A stretch of DNA of 64,000 nt from Coriobacteriales bacterium (GCA_031279835.1 JAITHV010000075.1:948-64947), one strand, 5' to 3'. Shown: positions 18,918 to 30,301, numbered from the stretch's first letter. Program-made: numbers and translations. The notes: generated from the sequence alone by a model not told the origin.

Positions 18918-19494
18918 CTGGCTCTCCTTTCTGAGAATTCTCGTCGGAATCCTCACTTAGTGCTTCCTTGGTGCTCTCGCGTTTCTTGAGCGGAGCTATG
19001 AGCATAAACATGTTCCTGCCCTCCAGCTTGGGCTGGTTCTCGATGATAGCCTGTTCTTTAAGGTCTTCTGCAAGCTTAACGAGAATGTTGAGCCCAAGCT
19101 CAGGGTGTGCCATTTCGCGCCCCCGGAACATGATGGTCACCTTGACCTTTGCGCCGTCGCTTAAAAAGCGCAGGATGTGCTTCTTTTTTGTCGTGTAGTC
19201 GCCCGTGTCGATCTTGGGGCGAAACTTCATTTCTTTGATGTCAATACGCGTCTGCTTCTTTCGAGCAGCTTTTGCCTTCATTTCTTGGTCATACTTGAAC
19301 TTGCCATAGTCCATGACGCGACAAACCGGTGGATCGGCGTCAGGGGCTATCTCAACGAGGTCAAGCCCCTCGTCGTCGGCATAACGCTGAGCGTCCGCTA
19401 TTGCAAATATCCCAAGCTGGTTGCCTTCTAGTCCAATAAGACGGCAACGAGTTATGCGGATCTCATCGTTGAGCCGGGGCTCTTGTGTGCTTAT
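18895..19494 (-). CDS. infC: Translation initiation factor IF-3 with a non-canonical ATA start
   Basis: The IF-3 sequence ([22 protein letters not shown]...[10 protein letters not shown]...) continues upstream of track ORF 18895..19314. An in-frame TGA lies two codons before an ATA at 19494-19492, and GGAGGTGA lies 6 nt upstream of that ATA. IF-3 genes classically use AUU/AUA starts. Confidence 0.85.
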   Translation of the reverse strand: MSTQEPRLNDEIRITRCRLIGLEGNQLGIFAIADAQRYADDEGLDLVEIAPDADPPVCRVMDYGKFKYDQEMKAKAARKKQTRIDIKEMKFRPKIDTGDYTTKKKHILRFLSDGAKVKVTIMFRGREMAHPELGLNILVKLAEDLKEQAIIENQPKLEGRNMFMLIAPLKKRESTKEALSEDSDENSQKGEPDAKNEDA

Positions 19495-19522
19495 GGTTCA
19501 CTCACCTCCATTAGTATTATGG

Positions 19523-19559
19523 AACAAGAAAACACCTGCGCAAGAATGCTGTGCAGGTG
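19523..19559 (-). terminator. Hairpin plus U-tract immediately upstream of the infC RBS (attenuator or upstream terminator)
   Basis: On the minus strand, CACCTGC(13-nt loop)GCAGGTG is followed by TTTTCTTGTT. It sits inside a 318-nt non-coding leader. Confidence 0.4.
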
Positions 19560-19812
19560 CCGCGACGGGTGGACCTGTGCAAGAACCTAGAAACCTCACA
19601 TCAGATCGTTTTATCCTCGTTGTTGGACCAGACAGCAACATAATAGCGCCGAAAGGTGGGAAGCCTTGCTCCCGCTTCGTGATCTTAGCAAGTCTGCGCA
19701 CCAGACGGGCGAACGTGCCAAATCAGTGTTCCGAGTCTAACAGATTTTCGACAGCACGTAAAGCGCACAATAGCCAGCATGGCTCTTGTTGCTCGAGAAG
19801 ACGTTTGTGTCA

Positions 19813-20742
19813 TCATGGGCAAGACCCGGCTTCGAGTGCGCAGGGGCCAGCCTGGGCGTCATGGCCTTGACCGGCGATCTCGCCGTGAGCTGCGACAGTC
19901 CCTGTAAGCCTGGCAGCCCGCTTTGCTGCCTGAGAGGGAGTCTCTGTTGAGGGACGACGCTTCCTCAGCTCTGGGGGTATCTGCTCGCATAAAGTGCCCC
20001 AAAAGCGCTTGGGCATGAAATTGCGCTGGCAAACAGGGTTATGCCGCTCTTCTATGGCGATGGTGTCAAAGAACGTTTGCCATAGTGACTGAAAACCCTC
20101 TTCGCTTCTGGAATTGTCTGGGAATGTGACGTCGAGGCGGCGTGTGTCCACGAGCCACCAGCTTGACGTGTCGAAGACTCCGGCAAGCTGGTGCGCACGG
20201 TCGAACAGCACAAACGGCTGAATGTTGAACCGTTCGGCGAAATGCTCCATGACTATGGGGACGACATTGGCCCTTGGCTCAACGCGCGCAAAGAATACGC
20301 CGCCCTCGAGCTCTGCAAAACGCGCGAACATCATGATGAAGTGCGCTTCGTTAGTGACTCTGAGCAGCATTTCTTTGAACTCATTGACTGCGGGGTGCGC
20401 GAGATGCAGAAGGGAATGCCGACCATGTTTAAAAGCATACTGCAGAAAGCGCAGTATCACGCCCCCTTTGTGGTCCTCGTCAGAAAGATAGACGCTGCGG
20501 ACCTCTTCATAGCACCGTGCTCCGAGCGTGCTGACGATGCCCGTCATAACCCGCTCAGCGTGATCGAGGTCGGTTGAGACACTCTGGTAGGATCCGAGCA
20601 AGCTATACTGCAATCCTTCCTCGACTAGAATATCGCTTGGGTTTTCCTTGGAGTCAAAGGCAAGAAACACCGCAGAGAGCAAGCCTTCGAGGCTGCCGTC
20701 GTACAGATAGAAGATGTCAGCATCAAGCAATAAGGGCTGCAT
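19813..20742 (-). CDS. TIGR03915/DUF4130-type putative DNA metabolism protein, partner of the radical SAM protein
   Basis: YLYDGSLEGLLSAVF...FLQYAFKHG...NEAHFIMMFARF...FVLFDR...RNFMPKRFW resembles the DUF4130 family as I recall it. 20-nt overlap with the upstream radical SAM gene. Confidence 0.8.
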   Translation of the reverse strand: MQPLLLDADIFYLYDGSLEGLLSAVFLAFDSKENPSDILVEEGLQYSLLGSYQSVSTDLDHAERVMTGIVSTLGARCYEEVRSVYLSDEDHKGGVILRFLQYAFKHGRHSLLHLAHPAVNEFKEMLLRVTNEAHFIMMFARFAELEGGVFFARVEPRANVVPIVMEHFAERFNIQPFVLFDRAHQLAGVFDTSSWWLVDTRRLDVTFPDNSRSEEGFQSLWQTFFDTIAIEERHNPVCQRNFMPKRFWGTLCEQIPPELRKRRPSTETPSQAAKRAARLTGTVAAHGEIAGQGHDAQAGPCALEAGSCP

Positions 20743-22222
20743 GCGTGTTCTCCCGACGCCTTGTTGCCTCTTCTTCCCAAAAACCCGTCACAGTAGCACT
20801 GGTATTATTTTTTGCTAGTACAGTTGTGCTTATACCCATGTTCTCTGCCAGAGAGCCAGGTGCTCCACAGCTTCCACTCATATGCCTTGAGCAGGCCGCA
20901 ACAGTCATGGCAGCGGTGACAAGCGGCGCTGTCTGCTCCTGTGCCTTCTGCGGACCCGTTTCGTAGTCTTCAAAAAGCGACAGCTGCCCTGCAGTCACGC
21001 CCTTGCAATGACGACGATGCGCGTCGTTTGCCAGCGTGCGGTAAATGCTTGAAGGGTCGAACACTATCCCTTCTGAGAACCTGCCATTACAAGTAATAAA
21101 GTGGCGTGCACGCTTCAGTGAGATATTGAGCCGCCTGAGATCGTCGAAGTCAAGCCGCCTCTCGCGGCGCGCCGCCCAGACCCTCTGAACACCTCGAACA
21201 CCAATCCCCGGGACGCGGAGCAACATGTCGTAGGATGCCTTGTTTATCTCTATAGGAAAGTGATCGATATGGTTCAAGGCCCAATTGCATTTTGGGTCGA
21301 TAAGCAGGTCGAGAAACGGGTGATCCTCGTCAATTATCTCTGATACATCGAACTGGTAGAAACGCATGAGCCAGTCAGCCTGATAGAGCCTATGCTCCCG
21401 AAGCAAAGGAGCCTCGCGCACAAGGGGCGACAACGGGTTTTCATTGACCGGGACATACGCGCTAAAGAAGACGCGGCGCAGCTCGAAAGACCGATACAAG
21501 CTCGCCGATAGATTAAGGATATGGTAGTCGCTCTCTGGCGAGGCACCGACGATCATCTGTGTGCTCTGGCCGGCAGGCACGAACCGCGTGCGCTTTGTCG
21601 TGCTCAGGCGCTTGTCTTGATAGTTTTCTTTGATGCCGTCATGTATAAAACGCAGCGACCCGAGCACAGAGGCCCTGTTCTTCTCAGGCGCTAGCATCTT
21701 TAGGCTATGGGCTGACGGAAACTCAATATTGACACTCATGCGGTCAACGAGCGTGCCGAGGCGGACAAGGAGCTCGTCAGAAGTACCTGGTATCGCCTTG
21801 GCATGGATATACCCGCGAAACCCATAGTGTTCACGCAAAAGGCGAATTGACTCGCACATTCGCTCTGTTGTGTAGTCCGGGGTGCGCAGGACGCCTGAGG
21901 ACAAGAACAGCCCTTCAATGTAGTTTCGTCGATAAAACCCCATAGTCAGCTCGGCTAGTTCGCGGGGCGAGAGCGTCGCACGCGGCACATCGTTTCTGGC
22001 GCGGTTGACGCAATAGGCACAATCATAGCTGCACACATTACTCATAAGTACTTTTAACAATGTAATACATCTTCCATCAGCAGAGAATGAATGGCATATT
22101 CCTGCGTTGGTCGTTGCGCCAAGCTTTCCTTTCTCTGCGCTGCGTGACACGCCACAGGACGTGCAGGCAACATCGTATTTTGCAGCATCGGCCAGTATGG
22201 TCAACTTGTCGAGCAACTCCAT
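20723..22222 (-). CDS. Putative DNA modification/repair radical SAM protein (TIGR03916-like)
   Basis: LADAAKYDVACTSCG..., the CSYDCAYCVNR radical-SAM CxxxCxxC motif, and an HhH-like LLRVPGIGVRGVQRVWAARR. Confidence 0.85.
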   Translation of the reverse strand: MELLDKLTILADAAKYDVACTSCGVSRSAEKGKLGATTNAGICHSFSADGRCITLLKVLMSNVCSYDCAYCVNRARNDVPRATLSPRELAELTMGFYRRNYIEGLFLSSGVLRTPDYTTERMCESIRLLREHYGFRGYIHAKAIPGTSDELLVRLGTLVDRMSVNIEFPSAHSLKMLAPEKNRASVLGSLRFIHDGIKENYQDKRLSTTKRTRFVPAGQSTQMIVGASPESDYHILNLSASLYRSFELRRVFFSAYVPVNENPLSPLVREAPLLREHRLYQADWLMRFYQFDVSEIIDEDHPFLDLLIDPKCNWALNHIDHFPIEINKASYDMLLRVPGIGVRGVQRVWAARRERRLDFDDLRRLNISLKRARHFITCNGRFSEGIVFDPSSIYRTLANDAHRRHCKGVTAGQLSLFEDYETGPQKAQEQTAPLVTAAMTVAACSRHMSGSCGAPGSLAENMGISTTVLAKNNTSATVTGFWEEEATRRRENTHAALIA

Positions 22223-22292
22223 AGGCTACTCCTTCTACACAGCGACATGCACGAGCAATACAACGAAAAAAACCAAGCACGTGAAACTTGAC

Positions 22293-22340
22293 AGAACATT
22301 TGTTTGTTAGTACTATGCGGGAACATTTGTTCGATGTCAA
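22293..22340 (-). promoter_or_regulatory. SOS-type promoter TTGACA-17 nt-CATAGT with two LexA (Cheo) boxes
   Basis: Minus-strand box 1, CGAACAAATGTTCC (plus coordinates 22320-22333), fits CGAACRNRYGTTYC exactly and lies in the -35/-10 spacer. Box 2, CAAACAAATGTTCT (plus coordinates 22293-22306), has 2 mismatches and lies at the predicted TSS. Confidence 0.6.
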
Positions 22341-22402
22341 GAGAATTTCGGAATCGGCTCGCTTGCTCGGCTAGCTGGGCTGAAATCAAGATGGGAGGCA
22401 GG

Positions 22403-24215
22403 TATAGCCTAAATCCCCCGCCAGTTTGGGCACATACAACCGGGGCTGAACAAGCCCCTTTCCAGACGTCAATCATACCCTTTGGCCGAGTGAATCAGGC
22501 GAAAACGCCCCTTGCGGCAGCTCATGGCCCTTGTATGTGCTAAGATAAGCACATACAGCGAAGGGAGAGCCATGTCACTGAGCGAGAGGGTCAAGGTGCC
22601 GATGCCGGAGAGCGGCGTCACCACAAGGAGGAGCGGCGGCCGCTCCTACGTCTACAAGGTCACGAGAAGCTACCGCAACGGCAAGGGCCAGCCCACGAGT
22701 GACCGGGTGAGCATCGGCCGGCTGGACGCGGCCACAGGGATGCTGGTGCCCAACGACAACTACTGGGTGCTTTACGAGGGCGCGGGCGTGGAGATACTGC
22801 CGTCCTACGACTCCGTGCGCTCCGTCGGGGCCACCTTCCTCGTCGGCGGCATACTGGAGGGCCTGGGCGCAGGCCGGATGCTCCAAGCGGTGCTGGGGCC
22901 TGAGCGCGCCTCCCTGGCGCTCACGGCGGCGACCTACATGACATGCCGGGGAAACGTGATGGAGCACATACTGGGCTGGTGCGAGTCGCACACCCTTTGC
23001 GAGGCCGCACTGGACGACCGCATGGCCTCGGCCCTGTTCTCCTCGATAACCTTCGGCGAGCGCATGGCCTTCTTCAGGGCCTGGGTGGCGGCGCACGGCG
23101 AGGACGGGTACCTGGCCTACGACGTCACCAGCTTCTCCAGCTACGCCAAAGGCATCCAGGGCACGGAGTGGGGCCACAATCGCGACGGCGAGCGCCTGCC
23201 GCAGATCAACATGGGCTGCTACATGGGCTTTAGAAGCGCGCTGCCGCTGTTTTACGTCACCTACCCCGGCTCCATCGTCGACAAGTCGCACATGGCCTAC
23301 ATGATGGCCTACAACGCCGATCTTGGCATCCACGGCGCCACCTTCGTGGTGGACAGGGGCTTTTGCACCACCGCCAATGTCCGCTACCTGCACGGCGAGG
23401 GGATGCCATACATCCTCGGCGTGGAGGTGCGCCACAAGGCAACGAAGGCGGCAATCGACAAGGTGGCGGACGGCATGGCGTCGATGCGGCGGCGCATCTG
23501 CCAGGGCATCTATGCCGAGTGCGTGCGCGGCTTTTTCTACGGAGAGCAGGCCAACATGCATATCTACCTGGACCCGGCCCTGGCCGAGGCCCAGCGCTCA
23601 GACCTCTATCGCACGGTGGAGGCCCAGGAAGAGAGGCTTGCCCAGATGGGACAGCAGACGAAAAAGGAGGCCAAGCGCCTGAGCGCGTTTTTTGACATTG
23701 GGCTGGGCGAGGGCGGCACCTTCACGTTCAAGCGCAGCTACAGCCGCATAGACGAGGCCGCAAGGCACGCCGGGTACTTCTGCCTGCTCACGTCAACAGA
23801 CCTCTCCAGCGCCGAGGCATTAGGCATCTACAGGCGCAGGGACGTCATCGAGAAGTGCTTCGACGACCTGAAAAACCATGTGGACATGAAGCGGCTGCGC
23901 ACGCACAGCACCGAGACCGCCGACGGCAAGCTCTTCTGCGCCTTCCTGGCACTGATAGCGGCCTGCCAGGTCAACGCCAAGCTGGGCAAGGCGATGAAGG
24001 ATATGGCAATGAGCAAAGACTCCGTTATCGCCGAGATGGATAAGATCAAGGCCGTCTACGCATCAGGCGGCAGGAGGCTGATGAACCCGGTGACGAAGAC
24101 CCAGCGCCTGATCCTTGAGGCTTTCGGGTTGGGGGAAGGCGACGTCAAGAGCTATGTCGCCAGCAAACCTGCCTGAGCCTGTATGTGTCCAAAATGCTGG
24201 GGAATTTAGGGTATA
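22403..24215 (+). mobile_element. IS1634/IS4-superfamily insertion sequence (about 1.8 kb)
   Basis: Imperfect terminal inverted repeats of about 36 bp (TATAGCCTAAATCCCCCGCCAGTTTGGGCACATACA versus the reverse complement of the right end, TATACCCTAAATTCCCCAGCATTTTGGACACATACA; about 30/36 identical) flank a single transposase ORF. Confidence 0.7.
22572..24176 (+). CDS. DDE transposase (IS1634-family-like)
   Basis: A protein of about 534 aa: YKVTRSYRNGKGQPTSDRVSIGRLD...AYDVTSFSSY...FVVDRGF...YRRRDVIEKCFDDLKN. Start chosen at ATG 22572, which has a GAAGGGAGAG RBS. Confidence 0.85.
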   Translation: MSLSERVKVPMPESGVTTRRSGGRSYVYKVTRSYRNGKGQPTSDRVSIGRLDAATGMLVPNDNYWVLYEGAGVEILPSYDSVRSVGATFLVGGILEGLGAGRMLQAVLGPERASLALTAATYMTCRGNVMEHILGWCESHTLCEAALDDRMASALFSSITFGERMAFFRAWVAAHGEDGYLAYDVTSFSSYAKGIQGTEWGHNRDGERLPQINMGCYMGFRSALPLFYVTYPGSIVDKSHMAYMMAYNADLGIHGATFVVDRGFCTTANVRYLHGEGMPYILGVEVRHKATKAAIDKVADGMASMRRRICQGIYAECVRGFFYGEQANMHIYLDPALAEAQRSDLYRTVEAQEERLAQMGQQTKKEAKRLSAFFDIGLGEGGTFTFKRSYSRIDEAARHAGYFCLLTSTDLSSAEALGIYRRRDVIEKCFDDLKNHVDMKRLRTHSTETADGKLFCAFLALIAACQVNAKLGKAMKDMAMSKDSVIAEMDKIKAVYASGGRRLMNPVTKTQRLILEAFGLGEGDVKSYVASKPA

Positions 24216-24285
24216 GATTAGATTAGAATGATGCTTCAGGCCGCAACAGCGACCGACTTGTGTTGCCCGAGAGGAGCGCCTTAAC

Positions 24286-24786
24286 ATGCGCTATGCCCTG
24301 AAGCCATTGGATGATTCGTATCGACAGCAATGCCGTGCGATCTTTAACGAGATAGTTGACGAAGGACAGGCGTTTCCTTGGGAGCAGCCGCTTGACGAGG
24401 CTGCCTTTGACAAGCTGTATCCTCCTCACGAGTCTGTCTGGTGCGCTGTGGATGAGCGCGATGAGGTGCTTGGCTTCGTCCACGTGCACCCCAATGGCAT
24501 CGGCCGCTGCGCGCATGTGGCAAACTGTGGTTACAGTGTGCGAACTGACGCACGTGGACAAGGCGTTGGGCGCTTGTTGGTCGAGAAGTCTTTAGAGGTG
24601 GCGCGCGCTGAGGGGTATCGTGGCATACAGTTCAACGCAGTGGTGGCTACCAATGCCGCAGCTATCGCTTTATACCGCTCGTTTGACTTTGCGATAGTCG
24701 GAACCATCCCCGGTGGCTTTCGCATCGACGACGAGGCGGGAGAGTCGCGCTTCGTTGACAGGCACATCATGTTTCGATCGCTTTGA
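24286..24786 (+). CDS. GNAT family N-acetyltransferase
   Basis: RGQGVGRLLVEKSLEVARAEGYRGIQFNAVVATNAAAIALYRSFDF is the acetyl-CoA-binding motif A region. Confidence 0.85.
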   Translation: MRYALKPLDDSYRQQCRAIFNEIVDEGQAFPWEQPLDEAAFDKLYPPHESVWCAVDERDEVLGFVHVHPNGIGRCAHVANCGYSVRTDARGQGVGRLLVEKSLEVARAEGYRGIQFNAVVATNAAAIALYRSFDFAIVGTIPGGFRIDDEAGESRFVDRHIMFRSL

Positions 24787-24819
24787 GGGTGATACGCAAG
24801 GGTGAACAGGTGACTCTCG

Positions 24820-25338
24820 CTAGCCTGCCAAGACCTTAACGATGAACTCGCGGTTGCGTGGACCGTCAAACTCACAAAAATATATCCCTTGCCACCTGCC
24901 GAGGACAAGCCTGCCGTCTTCGAGAATGACGGTCACGCTTGATCCGACGGCGCTCGCTTTAAGATGAGCCGACGAATTGCCCTCCCCGTGCCTGAACGCG
25001 CCCTGATCAGGAAGCGCGGCCTCGAGTCCAAGCAACAGGTCATGGCGCACCGCGGGGTCTGCGTTCTCGTTGATCGTTATTCCTGCTGATGTATGGGGGC
25101 AATACACCACGCAGATTCCGTCACGCACGCCTGACGCCTCCGCAGAGGCCATGACGTCATTTGTTATGTCATAAAGGGCCTCACGGGCAGTTTGGAGCCG
25201 ATGCTTTGTGTGTCGCGTGCCCATAATGGGTCCTGGGCGCGTGGGTGGCACAGCATTTGTCGAGTCAAAAGCAGTGGGCGCGCTCGGCTCCGCCTCTTCA
25301 GTGTGCGACAACGACTGGTCTGGCTCAAGTAGGCTCAT
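24820..25338 (-). CDS. YjbQ/UPF0047 family protein (secondary thiamine-phosphate synthase-like)
   Basis: CVVYCPHTSAGITINENADPAVRHD...GNSSAHLKAS...GRWQGIYFCEFDGPRNR. An alternative start at ATG 25224 is possible. Confidence 0.8.
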   Translation of the reverse strand: MSLLEPDQSLSHTEEAEPSAPTAFDSTNAVPPTRPGPIMGTRHTKHRLQTAREALYDITNDVMASAEASGVRDGICVVYCPHTSAGITINENADPAVRHDLLLGLEAALPDQGAFRHGEGNSSAHLKASAVGSSVTVILEDGRLVLGRWQGIYFCEFDGPRNREFIVKVLAG

Positions 25339-25427
25339 GGCGCTCTACACCACACTAAGACGTGCTGGACGCAACAACAACACACATTCGATTACCTATC
25401 ATTGGAGTCCGGTATGCTTATGTCAGT

Positions 25428-27869
<2,442 letters not shown>

Positions 27870-27893
27870 GAAGTGCCTCCCTTGTCCAGTGTT

Positions 27894-28280
27894 TTAGTGC
27901 CCCCTGCTACGATGCGCCGCATGCTCAAGTCCCACCTCGATAAGCTGCCGCACATGATCGTCGTCAAGCGAATACACGGCGCGCTGGCCGTCGCGGCGCG
28001 CGCGCACGAGCCCCCGGTCACGCAGCAGCCTGAACTGGTGGCTGACCGCCGACTGCGAGACCTTGCATAGCTCAACGAGCTCACAGACGCACATCTCGCC
28101 TGAGAGCAGGGAGGTCAGGATCTTGAGTCGCGTGGAGTCGGCAAGAGACGAGAAGATCTCTGAGACCTGATAGATGAGCTCGTCGTCGGGACAGCATGAC
28201 GGGATGTCGGCAGGATCCTGGCCGTCGGTTCCCGCGAAGGCTTGGATTGAGCAGACGAGCAGGTCGTCGTTCTCTGGCAT
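27894..28280 (-). CDS. ArsR/SmtB family metal-sensing repressor
   Basis: LADSTRLKILTSLLSGEMCVCELVELCKVSQSAVSHQFRLLRDRGLV is an ArsR wHTH. Start set at ATG 28280 (GAGGA RBS), because the longer ORF start at 28328 lies inside the operator and predicted TSS. Confidence 0.8.
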   Translation of the reverse strand: MPENDDLLVCSIQAFAGTDGQDPADIPSCCPDDELIYQVSEIFSSLADSTRLKILTSLLSGEMCVCELVELCKVSQSAVSHQFRLLRDRGLVRARRDGQRAVYSLDDDHVRQLIEVGLEHAAHRSRGH

Positions 28281-28318
28281 GGCGGTCCTCGCATTTCTAT
28301 GCATCAATTGTAACCTAT

Positions 28319-28338
28319 ATATGAGCATATGCTCATAT
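28319..28338. promoter_or_regulatory. Perfect 20-bp palindromic operator ATATGAGCATATGCTCATAT (ArsR/SmtB-type)
   Basis: Exact symmetry in the sequence. The TGAGCA-TA-TGCTCA core resembles the CzrA/CadC-type TGAACA..TGTTCA operators. It overlaps the predicted TSS of the arsR-ATPase operon. Confidence 0.6.
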
Positions 28339-28343
28339 TTTGC

Positions 28344-28372
28344 ATATTACTCACTGACAGTCGGTATGTCAA
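28344..28372 (-). promoter_or_regulatory. Promoter of the arsR-ATPase operon (TTGACA-17 nt-TAATAT)
   Basis: Near-consensus hexamers read on the minus strand: -35 at plus coordinates 28367-28372, -10 at plus coordinates 28344-28349. Confidence 0.55.
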
Positions 28373-28567
28373 GTGTTTTTTACGTCTTCACATCGTCTTG
28401 AACAAAAGATCAAAACGACGCAGCAACCTCTTATGTTGTCGTTACAAAAGAACTACAGTTGACATTTGGCCGACGTTTCTCACGGGACAGCATCGGTTGG
28501 TTGTGTGACAATAGCCGTTTAGCGCATTGCTGAGTCCAGGGGTAAAACGACGAGGAAGTGAGTTTAG

Positions 28568-30301
28568 ATGAAGACCAAGACAAAGTGCGTCACAGGGATA
28601 ATGACCATCATGCTCTGTGCGGCACTCGCGACTCCGCTGACCGGTTGCGGGCCGGCCGACTCTGTCGCAGCAACGGTGAACGGCGTCGACATCAGAGAAT
28701 CGACCATCACAGAACGGATAATGGCCATTCGCTCCGGCAACGCCAGTTACAACGACAACGTGGTCTGGGCCAATGCACTTGTCCTCTCAAACCTCACGCC
28801 TGCGACGCTTCGAGAACGAATGATCGAGGCGCAGATCGAGCAGATTCTCATCAAGGAGATAGCTGAAGAAAGAGGCATGAGCGTAGACGCGTCTGAGATC
28901 GACGCGACCGTTCAGCAAGCAAAGAGGACTATCGGCGGCACCGACGCCAACTGGACTTCTGCCCTGAAAAAACAAGGGTATGCCACCGAGGACGACTTTC
29001 GTGACATGCTCGAGGTAAACGACCTTGCGCTGAAGATCTACGAAAACATGGACATAGAGCCGACCGCCGACGAGCTCGTCAATTATGTGCTGGCCAATGC
29101 CTCGACGTATCGCGGGAAGCGATCTTCTGCTATTATAATCGCGTCTTCTCAATCTGCCGTTGACCCTCAGGGCCAGTCCGGCGGCGAGAGCAGCGGGACC
29201 GAAGCATCTCCCGAAGAAGGGCAGCCTGCGACGACTGAGGAGCAGCCTGCCCAGGAGGAGCAGCCTGCGACGACAGAGGAGCAGCCTGCCCAGGAGGAGC
29301 AGCCTGCGACGACTGAGGAGCAGCCTGCCCAGGCGCCTCCCGCAAGCTTGGCAGAAGAGACCGCCGCCATCATGGAGAAGCTCAATTCTGGCGTGAGCTT
29401 CGAGTCGCTCGTTGCAGAGTACTCTACCGACGCTGCCTCAAAGGAGAAGTCCGGCGACATGGGCTGGGGCTCAAACACAAGCTACGACACAACCTATCAG
29501 CAGGTGCTTGACACTTTGGCTGTCGGACAAGTCTCCGAGCCGTTCGTCGGAACCGACGGCTCCACGTATATCGTCAAGTGCACTGAGGAGTTCTACCCGC
29601 CGGCAGAAGGCGAAGGCACCATCTCTTACAACGACGTCCCAGAAAGCATCGTGGACGATGTGAGGACGCAGTGGATCGAGGCAAACCGCCAGGCAAAGTT
29701 CACCGAGCTGATAAACGCGCGCAAAGAGGCTTCGGAAATAACCATAAACCCCATGCCCAACGGCCTGCCCTATGACGTGGACATGGGCATCGCCACAGCA
29801 TCTCCAACCACCGACGAAGAAGGCAACCCGACGTACGCCACGAGCCAGCCTGACGCCGTTCAGTCAGCGCTTGGACAAGGACTGCTTATCGAGGACAAGC
29901 TCGAAGGAACTGGTGCTGCAGCGGGGCCAGGCAGCAAGGTGACCGTCATATACTCAGGAAGGCTCGAGGACGGCACCTACTTTGACAACACAGGCGAGCC
30001 CTACACCTTCATCTTGGGCGGCGCCTCGGTCATCAAGGGCTGGGACGCAGGCCTTGTCGGAATGAAAATCGGGGGCATCCGCATTCTCACGATCCCGCCC
30101 TCGCTCGGCTACGGCAGTCAGGACCGGGGCACGATCCCTCCTGACTCAACGCTCATCTTTGAGATCCAGCTCATCTCTATTGAAGGAGAGGAGCCGGCAC
30201 CCGCCGACACGCCCGCTGTCGAAGGGGAGGGCGATGGCGCCCAACCTGAGGGGGAGGCCCCTGCTGACGAGGCGAACATCGGTGAGACGCCCGCCGAATG
30301 A
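28568..30301 (+). CDS. Lipoprotein foldase: SurA/PrsA-like N-domain, parvulin-like domain and a C-terminal FKBP-type PPIase
   Basis: Lipobox LTGC at aa 24-27. Parvulin-like SFESLVAEYSTDAASKEKSGDMGWG...GSTYIVKC. FKBP: KVTVIYSGRLEDGTYFDNTGEPYTFILGGASVIKGWDAGLVGMKIGG...LIFEIQLISI. Confidence 0.85.
   Translation: MKTKTKCVTGIMTIMLCAALATPLTGCGPADSVAATVNGVDIRESTITERIMAIRSGNASYNDNVVWANALVLSNLTPATLRERMIEAQIEQILIKEIAEERGMSVDASEIDATVQQAKRTIGGTDANWTSALKKQGYATEDDFRDMLEVNDLALKIYENMDIEPTADELVNYVLANASTYRGKRSSAIIIASSQSAVDPQGQSGGESSGTEASPEEGQPATTEEQPAQEEQPATTEEQPAQEEQPATTEEQPAQAPPASLAEETAAIMEKLNSGVSFESLVAEYSTDAASKEKSGDMGWGSNTSYDTTYQQVLDTLAVGQVSEPFVGTDGSTYIVKCTEEFYPPAEGEGTISYNDVPESIVDDVRTQWIEANRQAKFTELINARKEASEITINPMPNGLPYDVDMGIATASPTTDEEGNPTYATSQPDAVQSALGQGLLIEDKLEGTGAAAGPGSKVTVIYSGRLEDGTYFDNTGEPYTFILGGASVIKGWDAGLVGMKIGGIRILTIPPSLGYGSQDRGTIPPDSTLIFEIQLISIEGEEPAPADTPAVEGEGDGAQPEGEAPADEANIGETPAE
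29213..29332 (+). repeat. In-frame tandem repeat, three copies of a 39-bp unit encoding EEQPATTEEQPAQ
   Basis: Units at 29213-29254 (one extra codon), 29255-29293 and 29294-29332 are nearly identical at the DNA level. Confidence 0.9.

Noticed and set aside
22575-23561. 328-aa ORF antisense to the transposase gene
   Set aside because: It lies entirely inside and opposite a clearly homologous transposase frame. Its composition is Ala/Arg/Gly/His-rich, typical of the antisense frame of high-GC coding DNA, and it has no recognisable motifs.
22380-24245. Target-site duplication flanking the IS element
   Set aside because: I compared about 20 bp on each side of the inferred ends (22403 and 24215) and found no convincing direct repeat. 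The ends are supported only by the IR alignment.
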